A stretch of 64,000 nucleotides of DNA, taken from assembly GCA_043228905.1 (NCBI GenBank), contig JBHGNT010000006.1, positions 10,974,001 through 11,038,000 on the forward strand, written 5' to 3'. The stretch is from Azolla caroliniana. Lineage: Eukaryota > Plantae > Polypodiophyta. The stretch's first letter is position 1; every line of letters begins with the position of its first letter. Shown in pieces: positions 1 through 10,838 of this stretch. The notes under the pieces were generated by a model. The model was not told the DNA's origin, ran no database searches, and worked only from the letters and a program-made list of their open reading frames with translations. A program made the position numbers and the translations under genes.

Positions 1-798
1 CCCCCTTCCCTCTTTTATAGATGCTCTCATGCATATGATGCATGTGAGGGTACAAGACATGCATAAATTGCATGTTTGCCATTTGGCGCTTAAGTATTAC
101 ATGTGGTGCATGCTAACCATGTCACTCATTTTAGCTCTCATGGATGAGAATTTACATGTAAAAGTACAATGATAGAAATATAATTTCAACTAAATATCAT
201 GGCTTAATGGTAAGCCATTTGACTCCTAACTTGGAGGTGCAAGGTTCGAATCCATACTTGCCCTCCTTGTATATGTACATATTTTTATATATTTATTTTA
301 TCTAGTCGCCGGTTCGCCGGATGCCGTCGCCGGATGCCGACGCCGACGCCGGATACCGGTGCCGCATGCCGCCGCCGGATTGCGGTTGGATGTCGTCGGA
401 TCACCGGCTCCATCGCCGGACCGGTTTTGGTTGGCCAAAACCCTTTTCGAGTAGCTAGCCACCTCCACTCTAAGTTCAACTTACCTTGAACTCTCTATGC
501 TCCACACATAGACACAAAGATAATATCTTTTGCTCCACCTTATATATGATGAGAGCCGTATTTGTCGTGCCTATGTGGGATATCTCACAATTTTCTCTTT
601 TCTTTTCACAAACTTTATACCCTCATATCTTGACATTTAGTTGTCTATTTCTCGTGTAATAAAGTGCATTCGAAACCTCCATCATTTTGTACTTAGATAT
701 TAAAAATGTTATCTTCACAATTATTGTATTACGTGATTCATACTCGATTTTGTACGTTTTATGGGATTTTCACACTATTGCCGAAAATCTTCACGACA
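1..798 (-). mobile_element. Gypsy-type LTR, family A, partial at window edge; inserted in the RNase H region of Copia-1
   Basis: Close match to 9556-10740. Terminus reads TGTCGTGAAG on the minus strand at 798. Copia RNase H sequence (SSIHLAKNPVFHAR) resumes at 799. Confidence 0.8.
193..263 (+). promoter_or_regulatory. tRNA-like Pol III module (A box + B box) inside the family A LTR
   Basis: TGGCTTAATGG at 200-210 and GGTTCGAATCC at 243-253, tRNA-like spacing. The acceptor stem does not close, so not called a tRNA gene. Confidence 0.6.
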
Positions 799-3700
799 CC
801 GTGCGTGGAAGACGGGGTTCTTCGCGAGGTGGATGCTGCTAAGGTTGTCGTAGTAGATCGTCGTCGGATCGGACACCTCCACCTGCAAATCCTTAAGTAG
901 CCGCTTCAACCATATGGCTTCGCATGTCGCAATGGCCGCTCCTCAGTACTCAGCTTCAGTGCTCGACAGTGCAACTGTCGGCTGCTTCTTGCTACTCCAC
1001 GCTATTGCGGCACTCCCAAGAGAGAACGTGTATCCGGACGTGGATCGGCGATCTGCGACATTGCCGGCCCAGTCGGCATCGGTGTAGCCGAACAACTGCG
1101 GGGCCATATTGGTCCGATATAGCAGTCCCCGGTCATTAGTGCTGCTTATGTACCGCAGTACGTGTTGCGCACACTGAAGGTGCTCCTCGGTAGGTCGCGC
1201 CATAAATTGACTGATCACCCCGATCGGGTAACTAAGATCGGGTCGGGTGATTGTCAAGTAGATAAGGCTTCCGACAATTTGTCGGAACCTTGTCGGATCG
1301 CAAACCTTGCCAGAATTGGGGCGAAGCTTCACAGTTCTATCCAGAGGAGTCGAGACGGACTTACAGTCTGCCATCCCGAATTTGAAGAGCATATTCAGGG
1401 TGTAATGACGTTGGCTGATCAGTATGCCTTTAGGGGTGTGGATCACTTCGATCCCGAGGAAGTAATGAAGGTCCCCTAGATCCTTCACGTCGAATGATGC
1501 TGCAAGCTAGAGCTTCACGTGGTTGAGTTCACCTAGGTCAGTGCCGATGATGACCAAGTCATCAACATAGAGTAAAATACTGACCGGCCCAAGTCGACCT
1601 TTCCGAATGAACAACGAGGAGTCCGATTTTGACGTCGCAAAGCCCATCCGACGCAGCCGATGCGTGATCTTTGTATTCCAGGCACGCGGGGCTTGCTTCA
1701 GTTCGTAAAGGGACTTCTTCAATCGGCACACTGCCGACGTGTTCGTTCCGGAGTGAAATCCGAGGGGTCCTCAAGCTCACCTTGCAGGAACGCATTCTTT
1801 ACATCCATTTGATGTAAGTGCCACCCCTTGGCCGCGGCTACCATGAGAAAAACACGGACAGTCGTCATCTTCGCGACCGGCGCAAATGTCTCATCGTAGT
1901 CGATGCCGTGTTTCTGCGCATAGCCTTTTGCCACTAACCGGGCCTTGTATCGGTTGACCGAGCCGTCGGTGTTGTACTTGACCTTGTGCACCCACCTACA
2001 TCCGATTGGCTTCACACCCTTCGGTGCGTCAACCAGGTCCCAGGTCTCGTCTTCCGCCAATGCGTGCATCTCTTCCTCCATCATGGCGCGCCAATTCGCA
2101 TCCTTCACTGCTTCTGCGTAGCTCTCCGGCTCACGCACTTCACTTCCGCTACACGGGTCATGTACGCATAATGATGCACCATGTACTCGTTGTATCCGAA
2201 CCGCATAACTGGGTTCTTTTGGAAGGTAGATCGGCGTAATCAATCATTAGTCGATGTCGAGGTCTTCTCGGCTGATGCAGACTTTGCTCCTAAAGGCCCG
2301 TCGCCACTTCCCTCGGAGTCGCACTCACATCGGTCTGACTCATTCCTATCCGTGCCGGAATCCGACAGCTTCTTCTTCCCTTTCTCTTTGCGCGTAAGCC
2401 GTCTCCTCGGCTTCCTACGCAGGGAATGCACGGCCAAGTCTCCACTACTCGCCGACTCTTCATCGGACTGGGGAAAGGAAGTTAGTGTTGCTTCCCAAGC
2501 TGGTAGACTTCACAAATTTATGCCTTCCGGCCACTAAATTTGGGCAATCCGAACACCACTTGTTTCGATTGCAGGTCTTGAAGCCGCTAGTAGTTGACAT
2601 GGCCTATCCGCTTGTGCCATAAGTCGATGTCCGACCCAACTTTTTGTCCCTTCGCGAACATTGCGGTGCCACCGTCAGTAGAGTCAAGGATAAACATCCT
2701 CCCATCTCTGCGCCCTTGCGCAATAATACGGCCTTCTTCCTCAATGAAGCATCCGAGGTGCGTAAACCGGACCTCCATCCCTTGGTCGACGATTTGTCGG
2801 AACGTGTAGCACGTTCATGAGTTTCCCTTTCTGCCCGACATGGTTCAGGGGAACTTCTCCGACATTCACGATCGGATGCGGAGTGTCGTCTTCGGTTGCG
2901 ACTACTCCTGGTTACGTCGGTTTCTCTAGGTACGAGAACCACTCCTTATGGCTCATCATGTGATTTGACGCGCCGGAGTCGACGTACCACACCTCGTCTG
3001 ATCTCGGGGCAGACTACTTCATTGAGTTTGCTTTGTGTCTCGTCACGAAGACTGACCCTTTTCCGTTTTCTCCGAGTCCTTCGGCGTAGTGCAATCGCTG
3101 TCGATTTCCTTCGTCGGTATGTCCGGAGCCAGATCTCTCCGACTCGGCGCGCTTCTTCCAACACTCGCTCTCCCTGTGGCCTTTCTTGCCACAGTACCAG
3201 CATTCTGCGGCGGATTTCCCTTGCCGGTTCTTGTCGCCTCGACTCCCCCTGTTTCCGGAGGGTCTAGAATTACTGTCCGCAACACTGCGGTGCCTTCTTC
3301 CTTGATCCCGTCGGCCGCCTCCATTGCGTACCGACTCGCCTCGTCTGCCACGACCACGGGGCCTTTCTCCCTCCGTGTACAGCATCTTGTTGTCGGTGTG
3401 CATGCTCATCGACGCACCCGCGTGGTTCTCCTCTACCAGGAGCATCGACTGTAAGTCAAAAAAGGACGGCATATTCTCTCGGGTACACACAGCAATTCGG
3501 AACGCCCCGAACTTCAACGCCAAACCCCCAAGGCAGACTTGGACCATCTCGCTTTCCTCGATGTTCACATCGATGGAAGCTAAGGAGTCACAGATGTCCT
3601 TAATCCTCGAGGTATAGTCAGCCACCGACAAATTAAGTTGTCGTAGGTTGCTCAACTCCTATCGAAGCTGAAGCTTCCTGGCTGTGGTGCTCGCGGCGAA

Positions 3701-4355
3701 GATTTTCTTCAGATTTTCCCATGCACCCTTCGGCGTTTTTGCATCCTGAACGTAGCTTAGCAGTTGTTCACCCACACAAGATGCAAAGCAGTATAGCACT
3801 CTGCTCGCCGATTGTTCCCACGCCGGGAAGTCTTTGTGTGTCGAATCGGGTGTTGTGTCATTTACTCCATCGACATAGCTCCAGTAACCATGTCCGAGCA
3901 GGTACTGGTGCATCTTGTAGGACCAAGATGCGTAGTTGGTTCTGTCAAGCTTCTCCGTTGGAAGCGAGCTAGCCATACCTCTGTCCATCGATTTTCTTGT
4001 TCTTCTTCGTTGGTTTTTCCTTCAAGCAAAGTCGGCTGCAGAGGTTCTCAACCCTCGCGCTCTGACACCATGAAAAGAATAGCGTGCGGAAGCAATATAG
4101 GAAATCCAAACAATAGAAGACGTAGGTTTAATGGAAAGCTTAGGTTTGCATTGTACGCACGGGAGAGACAGAGAGAGTAAACACACAAAACTTAATTCAA
4201 AAATAATACTCAATCTGTACATAGGATGTGCTCAATGAGCACTTTTATACAAGCCCTGACAATGGGTTGACATAAGTACTGACAGTACTTGACTGCTCAT
4301 AAATGAGCCTCAACACTTACTCCCAAAACTATTCCTTACGAGGAATATCTTTCTA
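799..4355 (-). mobile_element. Ty1/copia retrotransposon Copia-1, degenerate, integrase core deleted
   Basis: 5' LTR 4071-4355; PBS TGGTGTCAGAGC (tRNA-iMet type) 4059-4070; gag ORFs 3014-3988 with CCHC knuckle CWYCGKKGHRESEC; GAG-pre-integrase WHKRIGHVNY at about 2590; RT ([24 protein letters not shown]) and RNase H (YTDADWAG) 799-2243; multiple stops and frameshifts. Confidence 0.93.
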
Positions 4356-4439
4356 ACGGCCTTTCGGTCTACGCACCGATACGGCCTTCCTACGCACCGG
4401 TCTGCGTATCGGCTTTACGCATCGGATTACGCACAAATG

Positions 4440-5767
4440 TTGAGCTTGTTTCTCAACAATATTGTTTATCCATGCATGTACTTCCTTTCCCGTCCATTTG
4501 AGCATTTTAGCCTTTATACATTGAAGATCGCTTGCCTTTTGAGAGGCCAATTTCTTAAGTCCTATGCATATATCTTTAATTGTAAAGAAGGGAGACATAT
4601 GTGAAAGAGAACCATAACACATCATCTTTACGGCAAGAGATAACTCATATAAATTCTTACAATGCATAGATAAGTCATGAAGAGTTAAGTCACCATAACT
4701 CTTAACATGTTTCCCCATTAGATTTCCCCAAAATTTAGCACATGCATGTGCTTTCTCTTGCGTTTGGATAAATTGTTGAGTAACTTCCCATATTCTTCTC
4801 TTTCTTTGAATAAGCCTTTTATACTTATGCAAATGCTTTTGGTAATTCTCTTTATCCTTAACTGCATCCAAAACCATAAGGCACTTTCGAGATTCACGAC
4901 ATTCTTTATCAAACCATTTTTTCTTAAGTTTCTTGTTGCATTTCCAAGATGTGCAGTTGGTCGAAAAACATTTGTTTGTACAGGAGAGAATGACTTTCTT
5001 GAAAGCTTCCCATTTGCATTCTAGTGTGGCACCATGTTGTATCTTTGTCATTTGTAACATATCCTCAACCATCTTGGAATACATGGGCGCTCGTTGAAGG
5101 TTCATGCTCAAGTGTGGTTGTTTATTATCTTCAATAGCCTTCTCACAATCAAACCTATGCATACATTTGAGATCAATATATAAAGGCCTATGAACGGATT
5201 CAGGTGTCCATTCACCAAGTGAGAATTTATGTATACAATCCAAAATACCTTTAGAAAGTAGCACATAATCAATCACACTATTTCCGTTGTGTTTTCTACA
5301 TGTAAAACCATTAGTGTTGGGCCATAAGGAAATACCATTTGCAATAAGCAATCTGGTACTATTGCACATTTGTAGGAGTAACTTCCCAAATTGGTCCGGA
5401 TCTTTTTCATCGCTAGAAGAGTGGTTATACATTTGCATATCCTCTTCCATCCTTGAGATATGTGGCATGAAAGATTCTTGTGAATCAAGTAGGAAACTTC
5501 TTGTACAAGCATTCATGTCACCAAAGACAATAGCTTCCCCGTTGGATTTGAAATAAGCAATATCATCTTTTAGATTGGTAAAAGATTGATCTTTATCCAA
5601 ACAAGCATAAAAGTTAGAATCTTGATGAGGAATGTAACATCCAACTACAAAAGTGGGCAAATCATTAGGTGTTTCTATTTTGAGCCATATGTAGCATTTA
5701 CGTTCATCATTTTTTATGATTGACACATATTTCTCTATTTTCTTCTTAATCAAACATGCGACCCCTC

Positions 5768-5768
<1 letters not shown>
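4440..5768 (-). mobile_element. LINE ORF2 fragment (AP endonuclease through pre-RT region)
   Basis: ORF 4353-5858 has APE motifs GGVACL, GCYIP, GDMNA, SVIDYVL, SVHRPL, then WFDKEC and KASD..IKAKMLK. Truncated at both ends; the 5' break is at a (GA)n tract. Confidence 0.85.
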
Positions 5769-5770
<2 letters not shown>

Positions 5771-5807
<37 letters not shown>

Positions 5808-6161
5808 CTCGGCACTCAGACCGACAACATTTCGTCCTCCCAAATCGTGGATCCCCAAAACTGTCTCAAATCTCCCCTTTTATAGAACAAGGGGAGGTCG
5901 TTACATCACCAATAAAGGCAGCCCTCTTCTGCCCTCCCCGATTCTCTCCTTGATCTCCTCCCCCCCAATCACATTTATTCCTCTACTTGTGTGACCATAA
6001 AGTACTTGTCAATCACACCTGCCTAGTATTCCTCAACACTTTAGTAACACTATGCTATTTCACATGTTTTTACATAAAGACATATTTCGTGTGCATCAAT
6101 GCACACCCCCGTTTCGCACATCCGGCCCCTTTTCTCCTTGTAGCTGGAATTTCCCACGACA
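5771..6161 (-). mobile_element. Truncated LTR fragment, gypsy-like
   Basis: Ends ...CCCACGACA at 6161 (TGTCGTGGG on minus), has a TATAAAAG-like box on minus and a (GA)n tract, and interrupts Copia RT. Confidence 0.55.
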
Positions 6162-8239
6162 ACACAATAGTATGTTCTAGGCCGGACATCAAATACGAGG
6201 TCGGAGTCATTAGTCGGTTCATGAGCAATCCGGGGAGAGAGCAGTGGGTAGTAATCAAGTGGATACTCCAGTACCTAAGAGGCACCTTGAGCGTGTGCCT
6301 CTGATTCGGCTCAGGTAACCCCATATTAGAAGGTTTTACTGATTTGGACATGTCGGTTAATGTGGATATCAGTTGGTCCACGTCCGGATATGTAATGACA
6401 TATTATGCAGGGGGAGTCGTCTCATGGCAATCGAGGTTGCAGAAGGTTGTGGCGTTATTGACCACAGAAGCGGAGTACATGGTCGTTGTTGAAGCAAGCA
6501 AGGAGATAATCTGGATGAAGGAGTTTATTGGAGAGCTAGGAATTCGGCAAGAGGAATTTTGACTCTACTGCGACAACCAAAGTGCCATCCAACTTGCGAA
6601 GAATGCCGCCTACCACTCGAGGACCAAGCACATCCAAAGGAGATACCATTAGCTCTAGGAGAGGGTAGAAGAAAAGGACTTTTCTTTGATGAAGATCCAC
6701 ACAGCGGAGTATGGATCGGGCATGTTAACAAAGGTGTTGACTACAGAGAAGTTGGATGTGTGTCGGAGACGGGTCGGATTGACAAAGCACCCCATGCTAG
6801 AGTGAAGGGGGAGTTTTTTAGGAAACAGATCCCTTTAGATGGGAAGTGAGCACAAGCCGGATCGGTTGGATTCGAGGAAAAAGAAAGACCGGATCCCAAT
6901 CCATATCCAGATCGGTTCCGGATGAAATATCCGGAAATGACCATATTTGTAAATAGGTTTTGTTGTGCCTATTTTGGGCCAGAATTGTAAATAGCCCTAA
7001 AGTTGTATTAGTATAAATTAGGGATCGGCAACGGCTCGGCTCAAGCCTAAACCATTTGGCTTAACCGTCTTAAAGCGGCGTAGCGGCTCGGCTCGGTTTA
7101 GGCTTGAGCCTGCCTTAACGGTTTGAGCTCGTCTCGGCTTGGCTTGAGCCTCGCCAAACCGGCTCAAGCCGGCTAAGCCGTTTAAGTGATTTAATTAGTA
7201 ATTACTATAAAGCATTGTCTTGATGTTCATCTTTATGTTCAGATGGTATAGAAAGGAATCTCTTATCGTGATCATCCATCTTTATGTTTTCATGGTATAT
7301 ATGGATTCTCTCCATTAATCTTTATGTCACTTTCAAGGTTTAAACATATTGGATTCTCTCACATACCATTTCCACCTTATGAGTGACAAAAATAATGTAA
7401 CTCTTTGTTGAGTGTCTGTCATTCTAGACATTTCATGCATGGAGAACTTTGCAAGGAACACAACAATTGAAGGTTGATCATATCACTTTTGTTTGTTAAC
7501 ACTAGTTCATGGGAACCTCTATTGTTGTCATGCATGGTAGATTGATGCTAACTTGTTCAATCAAATGGAAAAAAGAGAATTCACATATGTATACCTCACC
7601 TTAAACTTAATGAATCATTATGTTTTTCTCTAGATCAAACTTTGTTGCTCCTAGTATTGTGTTATGAAGTTCAATATTCAATGTAAGAGTATTGTTGTTT
7701 TCTCCCAAACCGGTTCACAAACCGTTTCCAAGCCGTTTCCCAAACCGGTTTAGGGATCGGTTTGGTTTGGTTTGGTTCAAGTTTGAAAACCTCTAAACGG
7801 TTTAGGCTTAGCCGGTTTGGATTGGATAAGACCAAACCGGCTAAGCCTAAACCAAATTGTTGCCGATCCCTAGTATAAATACAACTTAGGGAAAATCATT
7901 ATGAGTATGATGAATAGTTGCTCATTGAGCTTGTTGCCTCTATAACTAAGAGAGAGAAAGAGAGAGTGAGGGAGAGTTCTAACTCTATTGTAACCGTCGT
8001 CTAATGAAGAGGAGCTCAAGGTTGTTTCCTTAGAGTCTCCTGTGTATATTCCTCCTACCATAATGATATATTTCGGAGTTTGGGAACTCCCGTGGTTTTT
8101 CCCTATTAGAGTTTCCACGTAAAATACTTGTCTTTGTACTGTTGTTTTTCCCTGTCTTTTGTTATCTGTCATTCTAAATCCTTTGTACTCGCATACGCAT
8201 TAGTGAGAACCGGTTGTGGCCAGTCAGATTCTCTACACA
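6162..8239 (+). mobile_element. Ty1/copia Copia-2 3' portion (RT end, RNase H, PPT, 3' LTR), Tnt1/Tork-like
   Basis: SRPDI..VGVISRFMSNPG and SWQSRLQKVVALLTTEAEY; PPT AGTGAAGGGGGAG 6801-6813; LTR about 6815-8239 interrupted by a hAT MITE. Right boundary approximate. Confidence 0.85.
7019..7872. mobile_element. Non-autonomous hAT element (MITE-like, 854 bp)
   Basis: 14-bp TIR TAGGGATCGGCAAC / GTTGCCGATCCCTA; perfect 8-bp TSD GTATAAAT (7011-7018, 7873-7880); GGCTCGGCT and AAACCGG subterminal repeats at both ends. Confidence 0.93.
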
Positions 8240-9308
8240 TAGTGGTAGTGTACCTCTATATGTTTTGTTCAGGCATGGAACACCAGATTTCGAGCAAGTT
8301 GTATGCTACTTTTATTGTCGCAATAGATACGTATCGGGCCGTTGACTGATTCATTAAAATCCTTTGGTGGTCGTTTGGGCCAAATCACTTGACAAATGGC
8401 GATAGCCATGCCCCTGTATTCGGCTTCGGTGTTGGACAATGCAACTATTGGTTGCTTCTTGTTGCTCCACGAGATCGCTCCACTTTCGAGTGAGAAGACG
8501 AAGCTGGATGTTGACCATTGATCGGATACACTGTCGGCCCAATCGGCATATGTGTATCCTTCTAGCTGAATGGTCGCTCCTTCCTTGTAGAAGATTCCTC
8601 GATCATGGTCCCACTAACATATCATAAGACTCTCTTAGCACAATGCAAATGCATGTCACACGGTAATTGCATGAATTGGCTAAGGAGGCCAACCGGATAA
8701 CTAAGGTTGAGTCGAGTGATAGTTAGGTAGATGAGACTCCCAATGATTTGCCGATACTGAGTCGGCTCACATGGTGTGCCAGAGTCCGTGTGCAATTTCA
8801 GATTGCGATCGAGTGGAGTCGATATTGGCTTGTGGTCCGTCATGTTGAATTTGAATAGAAGATTCAATATGTAGTGGCGTTGGGAGAGCATGAGGTCGTT
8901 GCCGGTTCGGATGACCTCGATTCCCAATAAGTAATGAAGCTTGTTCATATCTTTCATCTTGAACTTCCCGGAGAGGAGCATCTTGACCTTGTTGATGTTG
9001 GCTAATTGTTCATCACCGATCACGAGGTCGTCGATATATATGATTTCGACTTAAAGTCGGGTGGTTGTACCACATACACCTCCTCCTCTAGCTTGCCTTG
9101 GAGGAATGCATTCTTCACATCCATTTGGTGGAGGTGCCACCCTTTTGCCGCTACGAGTGCTAGTATTGTCCGAATCTTAATCATCTTTGCCACTGGGGCA
9201 AAGGTTTCTTCGTAGTCGATGTCGTGGGTTTGGGCATAACTCTTAGCAACAAGTTGTGCTTTGTATTGGTTGATGGAACCGTCGACATTGTGGTTGATCT
9301 TGAATATC

Positions 9309-10740
9309 CGGATCGTGAGGCGGAACCACCGGGGTTCTAGACCGGAAGGATTCAAAGTCGGTACAAGCTTTGGCGCAAGCTTTAGCGAGAAAGTACTTAA
9401 GATAGATTGGGAAAGAGAGAAGTTGAGATTACACGATTGAGAGAGATTGATTGAACTTTTAACTTTAGATTTAAGAAACAAGTTACACGATCAATTTGAT
9501 AACGAATTTCTTCTTCCTAATTTCATAACCAAAAAAAAAAAACATTTTTTCTCATCCCCCTTCCTTCTTTTATAGATGCTCTCATGCATATGATGCATGT
9601 GAGGGTACAAGACATGCATAAAATGCATGCTTGCCATTTGGCGCTTATGTATTACATGTGGTGCATGATAACCATGTCACTCATTTTAGCTCTCATGTAT
9701 GAGAATTTACACATAAAAGTACAATGATAGAAATATAAATTCAACTAAATGGCATGGCTTAATGGTAAACCAATTGACTCCTAACTTGGAGGTGCAAGGT
9801 TCGAATCCTTACTTGCCCTCCTTGTATATGTATATATGTATATATATTTATATATTTATTTATATAGTCGCCGGCCGTCGGATTGTCGTCGGATGCCGGC
9901 TCCATCGCCAGTCCGGTTTTGGTTGGCCAAAACCCTTTACGAGTAGCTAGCCCACATCCACTCTTAGTTCAAGTTACCTTGAACTCTCTATGCTCCACAC
10001 ATAGACACAAAGATAATATCTTTTGCTCTACCTTATATATGATGAGAGTCGTATTTATATATGTATATATATTTATATATTTATGTATATATGTATATAT
10101 ATTTATATATTTATGTATATATGTATATATATTTATATATTTATATATTTATTTATATAGTCGCCGAACGTCGGTTCGTCGGATGCCGTCGGTTACCGGT
10201 GCCTCGTCGGATGTCGTCGTCTCACCGACGCCAGATGTCGTCACCAGATGTCGTCGGTTACCGGTGCCTCGCCGGATGCCGGCGTCTCACCAGCACCGGA
10301 TGCCGTCACCGGATGCCGCTAGATGCCGTCGGATGCTAGCTCCATCGCCGATCCGGTTTTGGTTGGCCAAAACCCTTTATGAGTAGCTAGCCCACCTCCA
10401 CTCTTAGTTCAAGTTACCTTGAACTCTCTATGCTCCACACATAGACACAAAGATAATATCTTTTGCTCTACCTTATATATGATGAGAGCCGTATTTGTCG
10501 TGCCTATGTGGGATATCTCACAATTTTCTCTTTTCCTTTCACAAACTTTATACCCTTATATCTTGACATTTAGTTGTCCGTTTCTCGTGTAATAAAGTGC
10601 ATTCGAAACCTCCATCATTTTGTACTTAGATATTAAATTTATTTAAAATGTTATCTTCACAATTATTGTATTATGTGATTCATACTCGATTTTGTATGTT
10701 TTATGGGATTTTCACACTATTGCCGAAAATCTTCACGACA
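9309..10740 (-). mobile_element. Gypsy-type LTR, family A, solo and 3'-truncated
   Basis: Starts TGTCGTGAAG at 10740 on minus; homologous to 1-798. The minus-strand end CCCCGGTGGTTCCGCCTCACGATCCGG resembles family B LTR ends but lacks the last bases. Contains the tRNA-like module at 9748-9818 and an internal duplication. Confidence 0.8.
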
Positions 10741-10776
10741 ACGAATAAAGCTTTAATGGAAGCTCTCTTTATTTCT

Positions 10777-10838
<62 letters not shown>

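Noticed and set aside
193-263. Functional tRNA gene (possible CCT anticodon)
   Set aside because: Acceptor and anticodon stems do not pair properly and the sequence is an integral part of a repeated LTR; kept only as a tRNA-like module.
4356-4440. Short TACGCACCG tandem repeat between the Copia-1 LTR and the LINE fragment
   Set aside because: Too short to assign; probably a remnant of another element.
9883-10386. ORFs rich in YI and RR
   Set aside because: Translation of AT-rich and GC-rich simple repeats inside the family A LTR.
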